A stretch of 32,311 bases of DNA from an uncultured Candidatus Saccharibacteria bacterium (GTDB lineage: Bacteria > Patescibacteriota > Minisyncoccia > Phycocordibacterales > UBA9973). Below, piece after piece: positions 17,421 through 25,624 of this stretch. Position 1 is the first letter of the stretch. Each line of letters opens with the position of its first letter. Location of the stretch: assembly GCA_964437715.1 (NCBI GenBank), contig CAYTHY010000001.1, positions 9,474 through 41,784 on the forward strand, written 5' to 3'. A model generated the notes under the pieces. The model searched no databases, had not been told where the DNA came from, and saw only the letters and a program-made list of their open reading frames with translations. Position numbers and translations under genes: made by a program.

Positions 17421-18398
17421 ATGAAAAGACGCTTACTTTCAGGGATTCAACCTTCAGGGGCTATCCATATAGGTAATTATTTTGGGGCTATTAAGCAATT
17501 TGTAGATTTACAAGATGAATATGATTCATATATCTTTATTGCTGATTTACATGCTATTACAACGATTCAAAATAGAGAAATATTATCTAAAAATATATTA
17601 AATACTGCTATAGATTATCTTGCTTGCGGTCTTAATCCAGAAAAAGTTTGTTTATATAAACAATCAGATGTTCCTGAAGTAACAGAACTTACTTGGTATT
17701 TTAATTGTCTAACTACAATGCCTTATTTGGAAAGAGCCACTGCCTACAAGGATGCAGGAATGAAAACCAAAGAGGTAAATGTTGGACTATTTGATTATCC
17801 AATATTGATGGCTTCTGATATTTTAATACAAGATGCAAATATAGTTCCAGTTGGAAAAGATCAAAAACAACATATTGAATATACTCGCGATATTGCTCAG
17901 AAATTTAATAAAATTTTTGGTGAACTTTTTATTTTACCTGAACCTTTGATTTTAAAAGATGTTGGTATTGTTCCTGGGATTGATGGACGAAAAATGAGTA
18001 AAAGTTATAAAAACACAATTCCACTATTCGCGACAGATGAAGAAATAAGAAAAGTAGTTATGAAGATAGTAACAGATTCTAAAACTCCTGAAGAAAAAAA
18101 AGATCCAGATTCTTGTAATATTTTTGCTCTCCATAAACTTTTTTTAGTAAAAGATGAATTAGAGAAATTAAAAAAACGATATTTGGATGGTGGATTAGGT
18201 TATAAAGAATCTAAGGAAATTTTATTAAAAGAAATTATTTCTTTTATCTCTCCTTTAAGAGAAAAGAGAGAGTTTTATAAAAATAATACTGATGAAGTTA
18301 TGAAGATTTTAAACAAGGGAGGTATTAAAGCTAGAGCTCAGGCTCAAGAAAAAATGAAACTTATTCGTGATAAAATTGGAATAAATACAAAATTATGA
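17421..18398 (+). CDS. trpS: tryptophan--tRNA ligase
   Basis: LSGIQPSGAIHIGNYFGA (HIGH-type motif) and KMSKS (GRKMSKSYKN). The ATG at 17421 gives the canonical N-terminus. The upstream extension from 17373 covers the promoter region. Confidence 0.93.
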   Translation: MKRRLLSGIQPSGAIHIGNYFGAIKQFVDLQDEYDSYIFIADLHAITTIQNREILSKNILNTAIDYLACGLNPEKVCLYKQSDVPEVTELTWYFNCLTTMPYLERATAYKDAGMKTKEVNVGLFDYPILMASDILIQDANIVPVGKDQKQHIEYTRDIAQKFNKIFGELFILPEPLILKDVGIVPGIDGRKMSKSYKNTIPLFATDEEIRKVVMKIVTDSKTPEEKKDPDSCNIFALHKLFLVKDELEKLKKRYLDGGLGYKESKEILLKEIISFISPLREKREFYKNNTDEVMKILNKGGIKARAQAQEKMKLIRDKIGINTKL

Positions 18399-18607
18399 AA
18401 ATAATAGCAATAATTCTTACCATCATTTTTGGAGCAATTTACTATCCCTTGAATTCACTTTATTTAGTGACTCAAAAATGGTATTTACCTATGTGGCATA
18501 AAGATAAATTTATTTACTTTACTTTTGCTCCGTTTTACTGGATATTAGTTGTTCTTGTTACAATAATTTCAGTTCCATACGAAGAAATAGTTAAACATAT
18601 TCATTAA
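18395..18607 (+). CDS. small hypothetical membrane protein
   Basis: 70-aa ORF whose ATG overlaps the trpS stop (ATGA). Two hydrophobic helices. No recognisable family. Confidence 0.4.
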   Translation: MKIIAIILTIIFGAIYYPLNSLYLVTQKWYLPMWHKDKFIYFTFAPFYWILVVLVTIISVPYEEIVKHIH

Positions 18608-18629
18608 TTTATAATTAAAATAATATTTT

Positions 18630-20054
18630 ATGATAAACCGTATTTATATAAAAGATTTAGAAAATTTCATAGGTTCTCCTGTTGCTGTCGCTGGTTGGGT
18701 GAATGTTCGCCGTGATCAAGGTAAACTTGTCTTTTTGGACATAAGGGATATGACTGGTACTATACAGTGTGTTATTCTTCCTAACCACATAAAAGCTATG
18801 GAAGCTGTTAAAGAGATTAGAAATGAATGGGTCTTAAAGATAGAGGGAATAGTTAATAAGCGTCCTGAGAAGAATATAAAAAAAGATGTTTTAAATGGAA
18901 ATATTGAATTAGAAATTACAGAGATAGAAATATTAAATAAAGCGATAACTCCTAATTTTGATATAACATCAGACGGAAAAGAAATAGGCGAAGAGAATAG
19001 ATTAAAATATCGTTATTTAGATTTACGTCGTCCTAGAATGCAAAAAAATATTCGTAAAAGATATAAAATTACAAAATTTGTCCGTGACTTTTTTGATAAA
19101 GAAGGATTTGTAGAAGTAGAAACTCCAATTCTTACAAAATCTACACCTGAAGGAGCCAGAGATTATATCGTCCCATCTCGTTTGAATAATGGAAAATTTT
19201 ATGCACTACCTCAATCTCCTCAACAATATAAACAACTTTTAATGTCATCTGGCATGGAAAAATATTTTCAATTTGCTCGTTGTATGAGAGATGAGGATAC
19301 ACGAGGTGATAGACAACCAGAATTTACCCAACTTGATATAGAAATGTCGTTTATTACAAAAGAAGAAGTTATGGAATTGAACGAAAAATTATTGATTGAA
19401 TTGATAAATAAACTTTATCCAGATAAAAAAATTCAAGAAATTCCTTTTCCTAGAATTACATACAAGGAAGCAATTGAAAAATATAAAACAGACAGACCTG
19501 ATTTAAGAAAAGATAAAAACAATCCTAATTTATTAGCTTTTTGCTGGATAGTAGAATTTCCATTTTTTGAAAAAACTAAAAATTCTGATAACAAAAATAC
19601 AGAAGGAAATTGGACTTTTACTCATAATCCTTTTTCGGAGCCAATTGATAAACATAAAGATTGGTTATTAAATGAAAAAAATATTGGAGAAATAATTACT
19701 ACACAATATGATATTGTTTTAAATGGTAATGAAATTGGAGGTGGAAGTATTCGTGCTCATAATCCTGAAACATTAAAAAAAGTTCTTAACATTATTGGCC
19801 ATAATGATAAGGATATTGACTTGAATTTTTCTCATATGTTACATGCATTAGGTTCTGGGACACCACCACACGGAGGGATAGCTTGGGGTTTTGACCGACT
19901 TGTAATGTTATTAGAAAATGAACCAAATATTCGCGAAGTTATAGCTTTCCCAAAAACAGGTGAAGGAAAAGATTTGATGATGAATTCACCTTCAGAAGTA
20001 TCAGAAAAACAACTTAAAGAATTAGGGATAGAAATAAAAAAAAAGCCAGAATAA
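18630..20054 (+). CDS. aspS: aspartate--tRNA ligase, bacterial-type core without the GAD insertion domain (474 aa)
   Basis: OB-fold N-terminal domain and a class II motif 2 region [57 protein letters not shown] joins directly where the insertion normally sits. Motif 3 is [12 protein letters not shown]. Confidence 0.92.
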   Translation: MINRIYIKDLENFIGSPVAVAGWVNVRRDQGKLVFLDIRDMTGTIQCVILPNHIKAMEAVKEIRNEWVLKIEGIVNKRPEKNIKKDVLNGNIELEITEIEILNKAITPNFDITSDGKEIGEENRLKYRYLDLRRPRMQKNIRKRYKITKFVRDFFDKEGFVEVETPILTKSTPEGARDYIVPSRLNNGKFYALPQSPQQYKQLLMSSGMEKYFQFARCMRDEDTRGDRQPEFTQLDIEMSFITKEEVMELNEKLLIELINKLYPDKKIQEIPFPRITYKEAIEKYKTDRPDLRKDKNNPNLLAFCWIVEFPFFEKTKNSDNKNTEGNWTFTHNPFSEPIDKHKDWLLNEKNIGEIITTQYDIVLNGNEIGGGSIRAHNPETLKKVLNIIGHNDKDIDLNFSHMLHALGSGTPPHGGIAWGFDRLVMLLENEPNIREVIAFPKTGEGKDLMMNSPSEVSEKQLKELGIEIKKKPE

Positions 20055-20066
20055 TATAACATCTAG

Positions 20067-20106
20067 CTTTTTATATTTTTATCTTTTTATATTTTTATAT
20101 TTTTAT
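20067..20106. repeat. 16-bp direct tandem repeat CTTTTTATATTTTTAT, 2 copies plus a half copy
   Basis: Copies at 20067-20082 and 20083-20098, with a partial ATTTTTAT at 20099-20106. Confidence 0.9.
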
Positions 20107-20108
20107 CA

Positions 20109-20132
20109 CTGATTAATTTACTGATTAATTTT
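20109..20132. repeat. 12-bp direct tandem repeat CTGATTAATTT(A/T), 2 copies
   Basis: Copies at 20109-20120 and 20121-20132. Confidence 0.9.
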
Positions 20133-20139
20133 ATTCTTG

Positions 20140-20173
20140 TTGCAATAAATACGCCCCCGCGTATTTATTGCAA
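20140..20173. repeat. perfect 15-bp inverted repeat with CCCC loop (TTGCAATAAATACGC-CCCC-GCGTATTTATTGCAA)
   Basis: Arms at 20140-20154 and 20159-20173. There is no U-tract after the stem on either strand. Confidence 0.85.
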
Positions 20174-20280
20174 AATTACAAAAAAGAATTATAAATAAAT
20201 ATTAATAAATATCTCTTCTATAATTAGAATATTTTATTAAAATTAACCCCACCGGAGAACAAATATGCTAGAATAACTAA

Positions 20281-21051
20281 ATGCTGGAAGAATCTGTTTC
20301 GTTACAATATAAAGTAAAAACGGGGGAGTTTAATGGTCCTCTTGATTTACTACTTTCTCTTATTGAGAAGCGAAAGCTTTTTGTTAATGAAATATCATTA
20401 GCGAAGGTTACAAATGATTATATTGCTTATATTAAATCAATGTCAGATATTTCTACAGAAGAACATATCGCCGATGTTTCTTATTTTATTTTAATAGCAG
20501 CTACTTTAATCTTAATTAAATCAAAGTCCTTATTACCGAACCTAGAATTAACAGAAGACGAAAGTGAAAAAATAAGTAATCTTGAACGACGATTAAATCT
20601 ATATAAAATAATTAAAAATGCTAGCATTAATATCAAAAATGAATTTGGAACAAAAATAATTTTTGGGCCCAATGATCGTCTTTGGGGAGAAGCAATATTT
20701 GTACCAAATGAAATAATAACAGTTTCAAATATTAATCAATCAATTTCAAATGTTTTACTTAAATTACCTAAAATCGAAAAAGAAAAGCCAAAAATAGAAA
20801 TTAAAAAAATGATAAATATTGATGAAGTAATTGAGAGCTTAACCAAACGAATACAAAATGCAATGAACCTATCTTTTAAAGAATTCTCTAAAAGTCATGG
20901 AGCAAGTAATGCAAGAGAAGCTAGAGTACATGTTATAGTTTCTTTTCTGGCTATGTTAGAATTAGTACGAGAAGGAGTTATCAATGTAATTCAGAATACT
21001 TCTTTTGGAGATATAGAGATTAATAAACAAACATTAATAGAAAATCAATAA
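20281..21051 (+). CDS. scpA: segregation and condensation protein A
   Basis: FNGPLDLLLSLIEKRKLFVNEISLAKVTNDYIAYI matches the ScpA N-terminal pattern. It is followed by scpB. Confidence 0.88.
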   Translation: MLEESVSLQYKVKTGEFNGPLDLLLSLIEKRKLFVNEISLAKVTNDYIAYIKSMSDISTEEHIADVSYFILIAATLILIKSKSLLPNLELTEDESEKISNLERRLNLYKIIKNASINIKNEFGTKIIFGPNDRLWGEAIFVPNEIITVSNINQSISNVLLKLPKIEKEKPKIEIKKMINIDEVIESLTKRIQNAMNLSFKEFSKSHGASNAREARVHVIVSFLAMLELVREGVINVIQNTSFGDIEINKQTLIENQ

Positions 21052-21058
21052 TAATTAC

Positions 21059-21607
21059 ATGTCAATTGAATTAGAATCAAAAATAGAGGGCTTATTATTT
21101 TACAAAGGGGAAGATGTTTCAACCAAAGAATTGGCGAAACTCCTTAAGGTAAGTATTGAAGAAATAGATAAAGCTTTAATTAAATTAGAACAAAATCTTA
21201 TAAATAGAGGTATTGTTTTAGTAAAGAAAGATAATTCAGTTGTTCTCGGAATTACTAGTGAATTGAGTTCTTTAATTACTTCTATTCGCAAAGAAGAAAT
21301 TGATAGGGAACTTTCAAAAGCATCCTTAGAAACACTTTCTATTATTTTATATAAGAATGGAATTTCCAGAAGTGAAATTGATTATATTCGTGGAGTAAAT
21401 TCTAGTTTTATACTTCGTAATTTATTGGTTAGAGGTTTGATAGAAAAAGTAGCTAAAAATAAGAATGGCAGAAGAATCATCTATCGTCCTACTTTTGAAA
21501 CTCTTTCATATATGGGTATTTCATCAATTGATCAACTTCCTGATCATCTTTCAGTTTCAAATAAATTAGAAGAGATATTAAATCAAAAAGAAAACGAAAA
21601 TGACTAA
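21059..21607 (+). CDS. scpB: segregation and condensation protein B
   Basis: IEGLLFYKGEDVSTKELAKLL and SLETLSIILYKNGISRSEIDYIRGV match the two winged-helix repeats of ScpB. Confidence 0.85.
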   Translation: MSIELESKIEGLLFYKGEDVSTKELAKLLKVSIEEIDKALIKLEQNLINRGIVLVKKDNSVVLGITSELSSLITSIRKEEIDRELSKASLETLSIILYKNGISRSEIDYIRGVNSSFILRNLLVRGLIEKVAKNKNGRRIIYRPTFETLSYMGISSIDQLPDHLSVSNKLEEILNQKENEND

Positions 21608-22652
21608 CGCAATTAAAATTTTATTACCAGCAATCATAAGCTTTATAATAGGAATATTATTGACTCCAATTGCAACTCATTATTTTTATAAATATAAAAT
21701 GTGGCGCCGATCTTCCCGAAACAATAATGTTTCAAAAGAAGGAGGATTCCAAACAATTCATAATGAAGTAGCTGAGTTATCAACTCCAAGAACAGGTGGA
21801 ATGATTATTTGGATTTCTGTTATTATTACTATTTTCGTAATTTGGATAATAAGTATTATCTTTAAAAACAGCTTAACAGATAAATTATATTTTATTAGTC
21901 GTAATCAAACCCTACTTCCTCTTTTCACTTTAATTGTTGCTTCTCTTATTGGTCTTGGTGATGACTTTTTACAAATTTGGGGTAAGGGTAAGTGGTCCAA
22001 AGATCCAATCATACTTCGTTATATAAAAATTTCTATAATTTTGTTTTTAGGATTAATTATAGGTTGGTGGTTTTTTACAAAACTTGGAATTTCCAATCTT
22101 TACATTCCTTGGTTTGGTTTTGTGAATTTAGGTTATTTTTTCATTCCTTTTTTCATTCTAGTTATGCTTGGTGTTTGGTCTTCTAGTGTTATTGATGGTA
22201 TAGATGGTTTATCAGGTGGAGTATTAGCTTCAATTTTTGCTAGTTATGCCTTGATTGCTTATTTTAATAATCAAATGGATATTGCTGCTTTTTCAGCAGT
22301 TATAACTGGGGGAGTATTAGCTTTTCTCTGGTTTAATATTCCGCCGGCTAGATTTTATATGGGAGAAAATGGAATGATCGGATTAACTGTAACTTTAGCT
22401 GTTCTCGCTTTTATGACTAATACAGTTTTATTATTGCCAGTTATTGCTTTTCCACTTTTCGTAACATCTGCCTCAAATGTTATTCAAATGTCAGCTCGAA
22501 AATATTTTCATATAAAAAAAGTTTTTCTTTATGCACCGTTACATCATCATTTTGAAGCTTTAGGTTGGCCAAAATACAAAGTTACTATGCGTTATTGGAT
22601 AGTTGGTTTAATGACAGCTATAATTGGAGTTGTAATTTCAATTATTAGTTAA
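21600..22652 (+). CDS. mraY: phospho-N-acetylmuramoyl-pentapeptide transferase
   Basis: Polytopic membrane protein with the TPRTGG, GLGDDF, VIDGIDGLSGG and PLHHHFE motifs. The start overlaps the scpB stop by 8 nt. Confidence 0.92.
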   Translation: MTNAIKILLPAIISFIIGILLTPIATHYFYKYKMWRRSSRNNNVSKEGGFQTIHNEVAELSTPRTGGMIIWISVIITIFVIWIISIIFKNSLTDKLYFISRNQTLLPLFTLIVASLIGLGDDFLQIWGKGKWSKDPIILRYIKISIILFLGLIIGWWFFTKLGISNLYIPWFGFVNLGYFFIPFFILVMLGVWSSSVIDGIDGLSGGVLASIFASYALIAYFNNQMDIAAFSAVITGGVLAFLWFNIPPARFYMGENGMIGLTVTLAVLAFMTNTVLLLPVIAFPLFVTSASNVIQMSARKYFHIKKVFLYAPLHHHFEALGWPKYKVTMRYWIVGLMTAIIGVVISIIS

Positions 22653-22661
22653 TTAAAGGAA

Positions 22662-23765
22662 ATGAAGAAAAATAAAATTGATAAAACTTTTTTAGGAATA
22701 GTTATTGCTCTAGTTGCTTTTGGAATAGTAATGTTTACTTCAGCTTCCTTGGGAATTTTAGCTAAAAATGAGACAAAATTTTATGCAGTAATTTTTAATC
22801 AATTTGTTTTTGGGCTTGGAGGTGGTTTGGTTGCTCTTTATTTTGGATCAAGAATACCATATAAATTCTGGAGAAAATATTCTCTAATATTTTTTATATT
22901 TTCCGTAATTATAACTTTACTTGTTTTCATCCCTCATCTTGGGTTTTCTCATGGTGGAGCAAAACGCTGGATTGAGTTTTTAGGGATTTCACTTCAACCT
23001 GTTGAATTTCTAAAAATTGGATTTATTATATATCTTGCAGCTTTATTATCTTCAGCAAAAGATAAAATTCATCAATTCAAATTTAGTTTTTTGCCTTTTC
23101 TTATTTTACTTGGAATAATTTCAGTTATTTTACTTAAACAACCAGATACTAAAAGTATAATTTTGATTGTTATTACAGCCTTAGTAATGTTATTTATTTC
23201 TGGAGTTTCTGTTAAAAAAATTGGAATTTTTCTAATAGCTAGTTTAATAGCTTTTGCTATTCTTGTTTCTTTTAAACCCTATTTAATGAACAGAGTTAAC
23301 TCATTTTTGAATCCAAATAAGAACGGGAGGGGTTCATCATATCAAATCCAACAATCACTGATAGCTGTCGGTTCTGGTGGAACTTTCGGGAGGGGGTTAG
23401 GGCAAAGTATCCAAAAATTTAATTATTTACCAGAACCACAAGGAGATTCAATTTTTGCAGTAATCGGAGAAGAACTAGGCTTTTTGGGTGGTGTATTATT
23501 AATTATTCTTTACCTAACTTTCATTTTTAGAGGATATAGAATTGCCTATTATTCGCCAGATTCGTTTAGTAAATTACTGGTTGCTGGTTTTGTTACAATT
23601 ATCACAGCTCAATCTTTCATGAATATTGCTTCTTCTATTGGAGTATTTCCATTAACTGGAGTTCCTTTGGTTTTTATAAGTCATGGAGGAACATCTCTTT
23701 TGTTATCTTTAGGAATGATAGGAATTATTTTAAATATTTCAAAATTTCAAAAGAAAATTCCTTAA
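22662..23765 (+). CDS. ftsW: SEDS-family peptidoglycan glycosyltransferase FtsW (FtsW/RodA family)
   Basis: Ten-TM SEDS pattern (QPVEFLKI, LQPDTKS-like KQPDTKS, SSYQIQQSLIAVGSGG, LPEPQGDSIFAVIGEELGF). Its position between mraY and murG favours ftsW over rodA. Confidence 0.8.
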   Translation: MKKNKIDKTFLGIVIALVAFGIVMFTSASLGILAKNETKFYAVIFNQFVFGLGGGLVALYFGSRIPYKFWRKYSLIFFIFSVIITLLVFIPHLGFSHGGAKRWIEFLGISLQPVEFLKIGFIIYLAALLSSAKDKIHQFKFSFLPFLILLGIISVILLKQPDTKSIILIVITALVMLFISGVSVKKIGIFLIASLIAFAILVSFKPYLMNRVNSFLNPNKNGRGSSYQIQQSLIAVGSGGTFGRGLGQSIQKFNYLPEPQGDSIFAVIGEELGFLGGVLLIILYLTFIFRGYRIAYYSPDSFSKLLVAGFVTIITAQSFMNIASSIGVFPLTGVPLVFISHGGTSLLLSLGMIGIILNISKFQKKIP

Positions 23766-23794
23766 TTGCTAAATACTAATTAATTTTGTATAAT
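23766..23794 (+). promoter_or_regulatory. sigma70-like promoter TTGCTA-N17-TATAAT
   Basis: TTGCTA at 23766-23771 and TATAAT at 23789-23794, starting 1 nt after the ftsW stop. Confidence 0.6.
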
Positions 23795-23828
23795 TAAAAT
23801 ATTATTATTTTATTAATATAAAATTATT

Positions 23829-24275
23829 ATGAATTTTAATCCATCATTTAGAAAACTAGAAAGTAATAGAGAAGGATGGTTTCCAGTGGAGGGCTCTCAT
23901 TTATTTGTTAAAAGATCAAATGGGCAAATAGAAGGAGATTGGACTGTTTCTCAAATAAATAATGAAATTATCACAGTGTTTAAGCCTAGTTCAGATAATC
24001 CAAAGGATACTATTACCAAAGAATTACCAATTTCAGAATTAAAAAGAATCAACGATAAAGATAGTTTGGATTTTACAGAAGCAGATGATTTCAATAATTT
24101 ATATAAACTAATTAAGTTTCAGGGTGGAATAAATGGTAACTCTCAGAAATATTCACCTGAGATTCTTATAGAAATAATAAAAAAAGTAATAAACAAAGAA
24201 ATTGGAATTAATGTAATTACTAGAACAAATAATTTAAGATTTGCTGTTGAAAAAATATTACAAAATAATCAATAA
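23829..24275 (+). CDS. hypothetical soluble protein (148 aa)
   Basis: Clean ORF with its own promoter. No motif I can recognise. Confidence 0.55.
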   Translation: MNFNPSFRKLESNREGWFPVEGSHLFVKRSNGQIEGDWTVSQINNEIITVFKPSSDNPKDTITKELPISELKRINDKDSLDFTEADDFNNLYKLIKFQGGINGNSQKYSPEILIEIIKKVINKEIGINVITRTNNLRFAVEKILQNNQ

Positions 24276-24492
24276 TATAAAATATTCCTGAATCGTTTTT
24301 TACTGTTTTCTTCTTAAAATTTATATTCATATATAGAAGGAATGTTTAGATAGAGAGTATTATTTAATAACATTTAATAAAAAATGTTATATTTATAAGT
24401 TAAATATACACCCCAAAAAACACGGTGAGATGAATTTTTTTGTTTCTTTCTAATACTAGAAAAATAAAAATAAATAATATATAATTGATTAT

Positions 24493-25623
24493 ATGAAAAT
24501 ATTACTTACAGGAGGAGGTTCAGGTGGGCATTTTTATCCATTAATTGCTATAGCTGAAAAATTAATTGAAATAACTGATGAACAAAAAATTGTTGATTTA
24601 AAACTTTTTTATATGTCTAATTCTCCATATGACAAGAGACTACTTTTTGAAAATGGAATTAAGTTTGTTCAAATTCCTGCTGGTAAGATACGCCGTTATT
24701 CATCAATAAAAAATTTCTTTGATATTTTTTCTACTGGAAGTGGTTTGTTTTTTGGGTTACTCAGTATGTTTTTTATTTTTCCAGATGTAGTTGTTTCCAA
24801 AGGTGGTTATGTTGCATTTCCCGCTGTTTTTGCTGCTAGAATACTTGGAATTCCTGTTGTAATGCATGAATCTGATTCTTATCCTGGTAAAGTTAATCTT
24901 TGGACAGCTAAATTTGCGAAAAGAATTGCAATATCTTGGCCAGAAGCAGCCAATTATTTACCAAAAGAAAAAACAGCTTTAACTGGACAGCCAATTCGTA
25001 AAAGTATTATAAAATTAAATTCAAATGGTGCACAAGAATTTTTTAAGCTTAATGATAAATTACCTATAATTTTAATAATTGGAGGATCACAAGGAGCTAA
25101 AATAATTAATGATGTAATTATTGATATTTTACCTGAACTACTTTCTCATTATCAAATAATCCACCAAACTGGTTTAAGTAATATAGATGATGTAATTTCT
25201 CGTTCTAAATTATTAATGGATGGTAATCATAACATTGTTAATTATCATCCAATTGCGTACTTGAATGATTTAGATACAAAAATGGCAGCGGGAGCAACTA
25301 ATTTAATAATTTCTCGTGCAGGATCGGCTATTTTTGAAATAGCTGCTTGGGGTCTACCTTCAATAATAATCCCAATAACTAATTCGAATGGAGATCACCA
25401 AAGAAAGAATGCTTATAATTATGCAAGGGTTGGAGCTTGTGAAGTTGTTGAGGAAGTAAATTTAACTCCTCATCTTTTATTAGATGAAATTAATAAGATA
25501 TTAACAGATAAAAATAAACTTTCAATAATGAAAGATAAAGCGTTATCTTTTGCTAAACCTAATGCTTCTAGAGAAATTGCCTCGGAAGTAATCGAAATAG
25601 CACTTTCTCACATTAAATCTTAA
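24493..25623 (+). CDS. murG: UDP-N-acetylglucosamine--N-acetylmuramyl-(pentapeptide) pyrophosphoryl-undecaprenol N-acetylglucosamine transferase
   Basis: ILLTGGGSGGHFYPLIA G-loop, IGGSQGA, SRAGSAIFEIAAWGLPSIIIP, and NGDHQRKNA (HQ..NA motif). Confidence 0.93.
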   Translation: MKILLTGGGSGGHFYPLIAIAEKLIEITDEQKIVDLKLFYMSNSPYDKRLLFENGIKFVQIPAGKIRRYSSIKNFFDIFSTGSGLFFGLLSMFFIFPDVVVSKGGYVAFPAVFAARILGIPVVMHESDSYPGKVNLWTAKFAKRIAISWPEAANYLPKEKTALTGQPIRKSIIKLNSNGAQEFFKLNDKLPIILIIGGSQGAKIINDVIIDILPELLSHYQIIHQTGLSNIDDVISRSKLLMDGNHNIVNYHPIAYLNDLDTKMAAGATNLIISRAGSAIFEIAAWGLPSIIIPITNSNGDHQRKNAYNYARVGACEVVEEVNLTPHLLLDEINKILTDKNKLSIMKDKALSFAKPNASREIASEVIEIALSHIKS

Positions 25624-25624
25624 T

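Noticed and set aside
20067-20132. Tandem repeats considered as a CRISPR array or a replication origin
   Set aside because: The repeats are contiguous without spacers and only 12-16 bp long, so this is not a CRISPR array. I see no TTATCCACA-type DnaA boxes and no dnaA or dnaN nearby, so I cannot support an oriC call.
24276-24492. Possible small RNA or tRNA in the long ftsW-X / murG spacer
   Set aside because: The stretch is extremely AT-rich. It has only a weak 8-bp AT hairpin (TAACATTT...AAATGTTA) and no cloverleaf-capable GC stems. There is not enough evidence to call an RNA gene.
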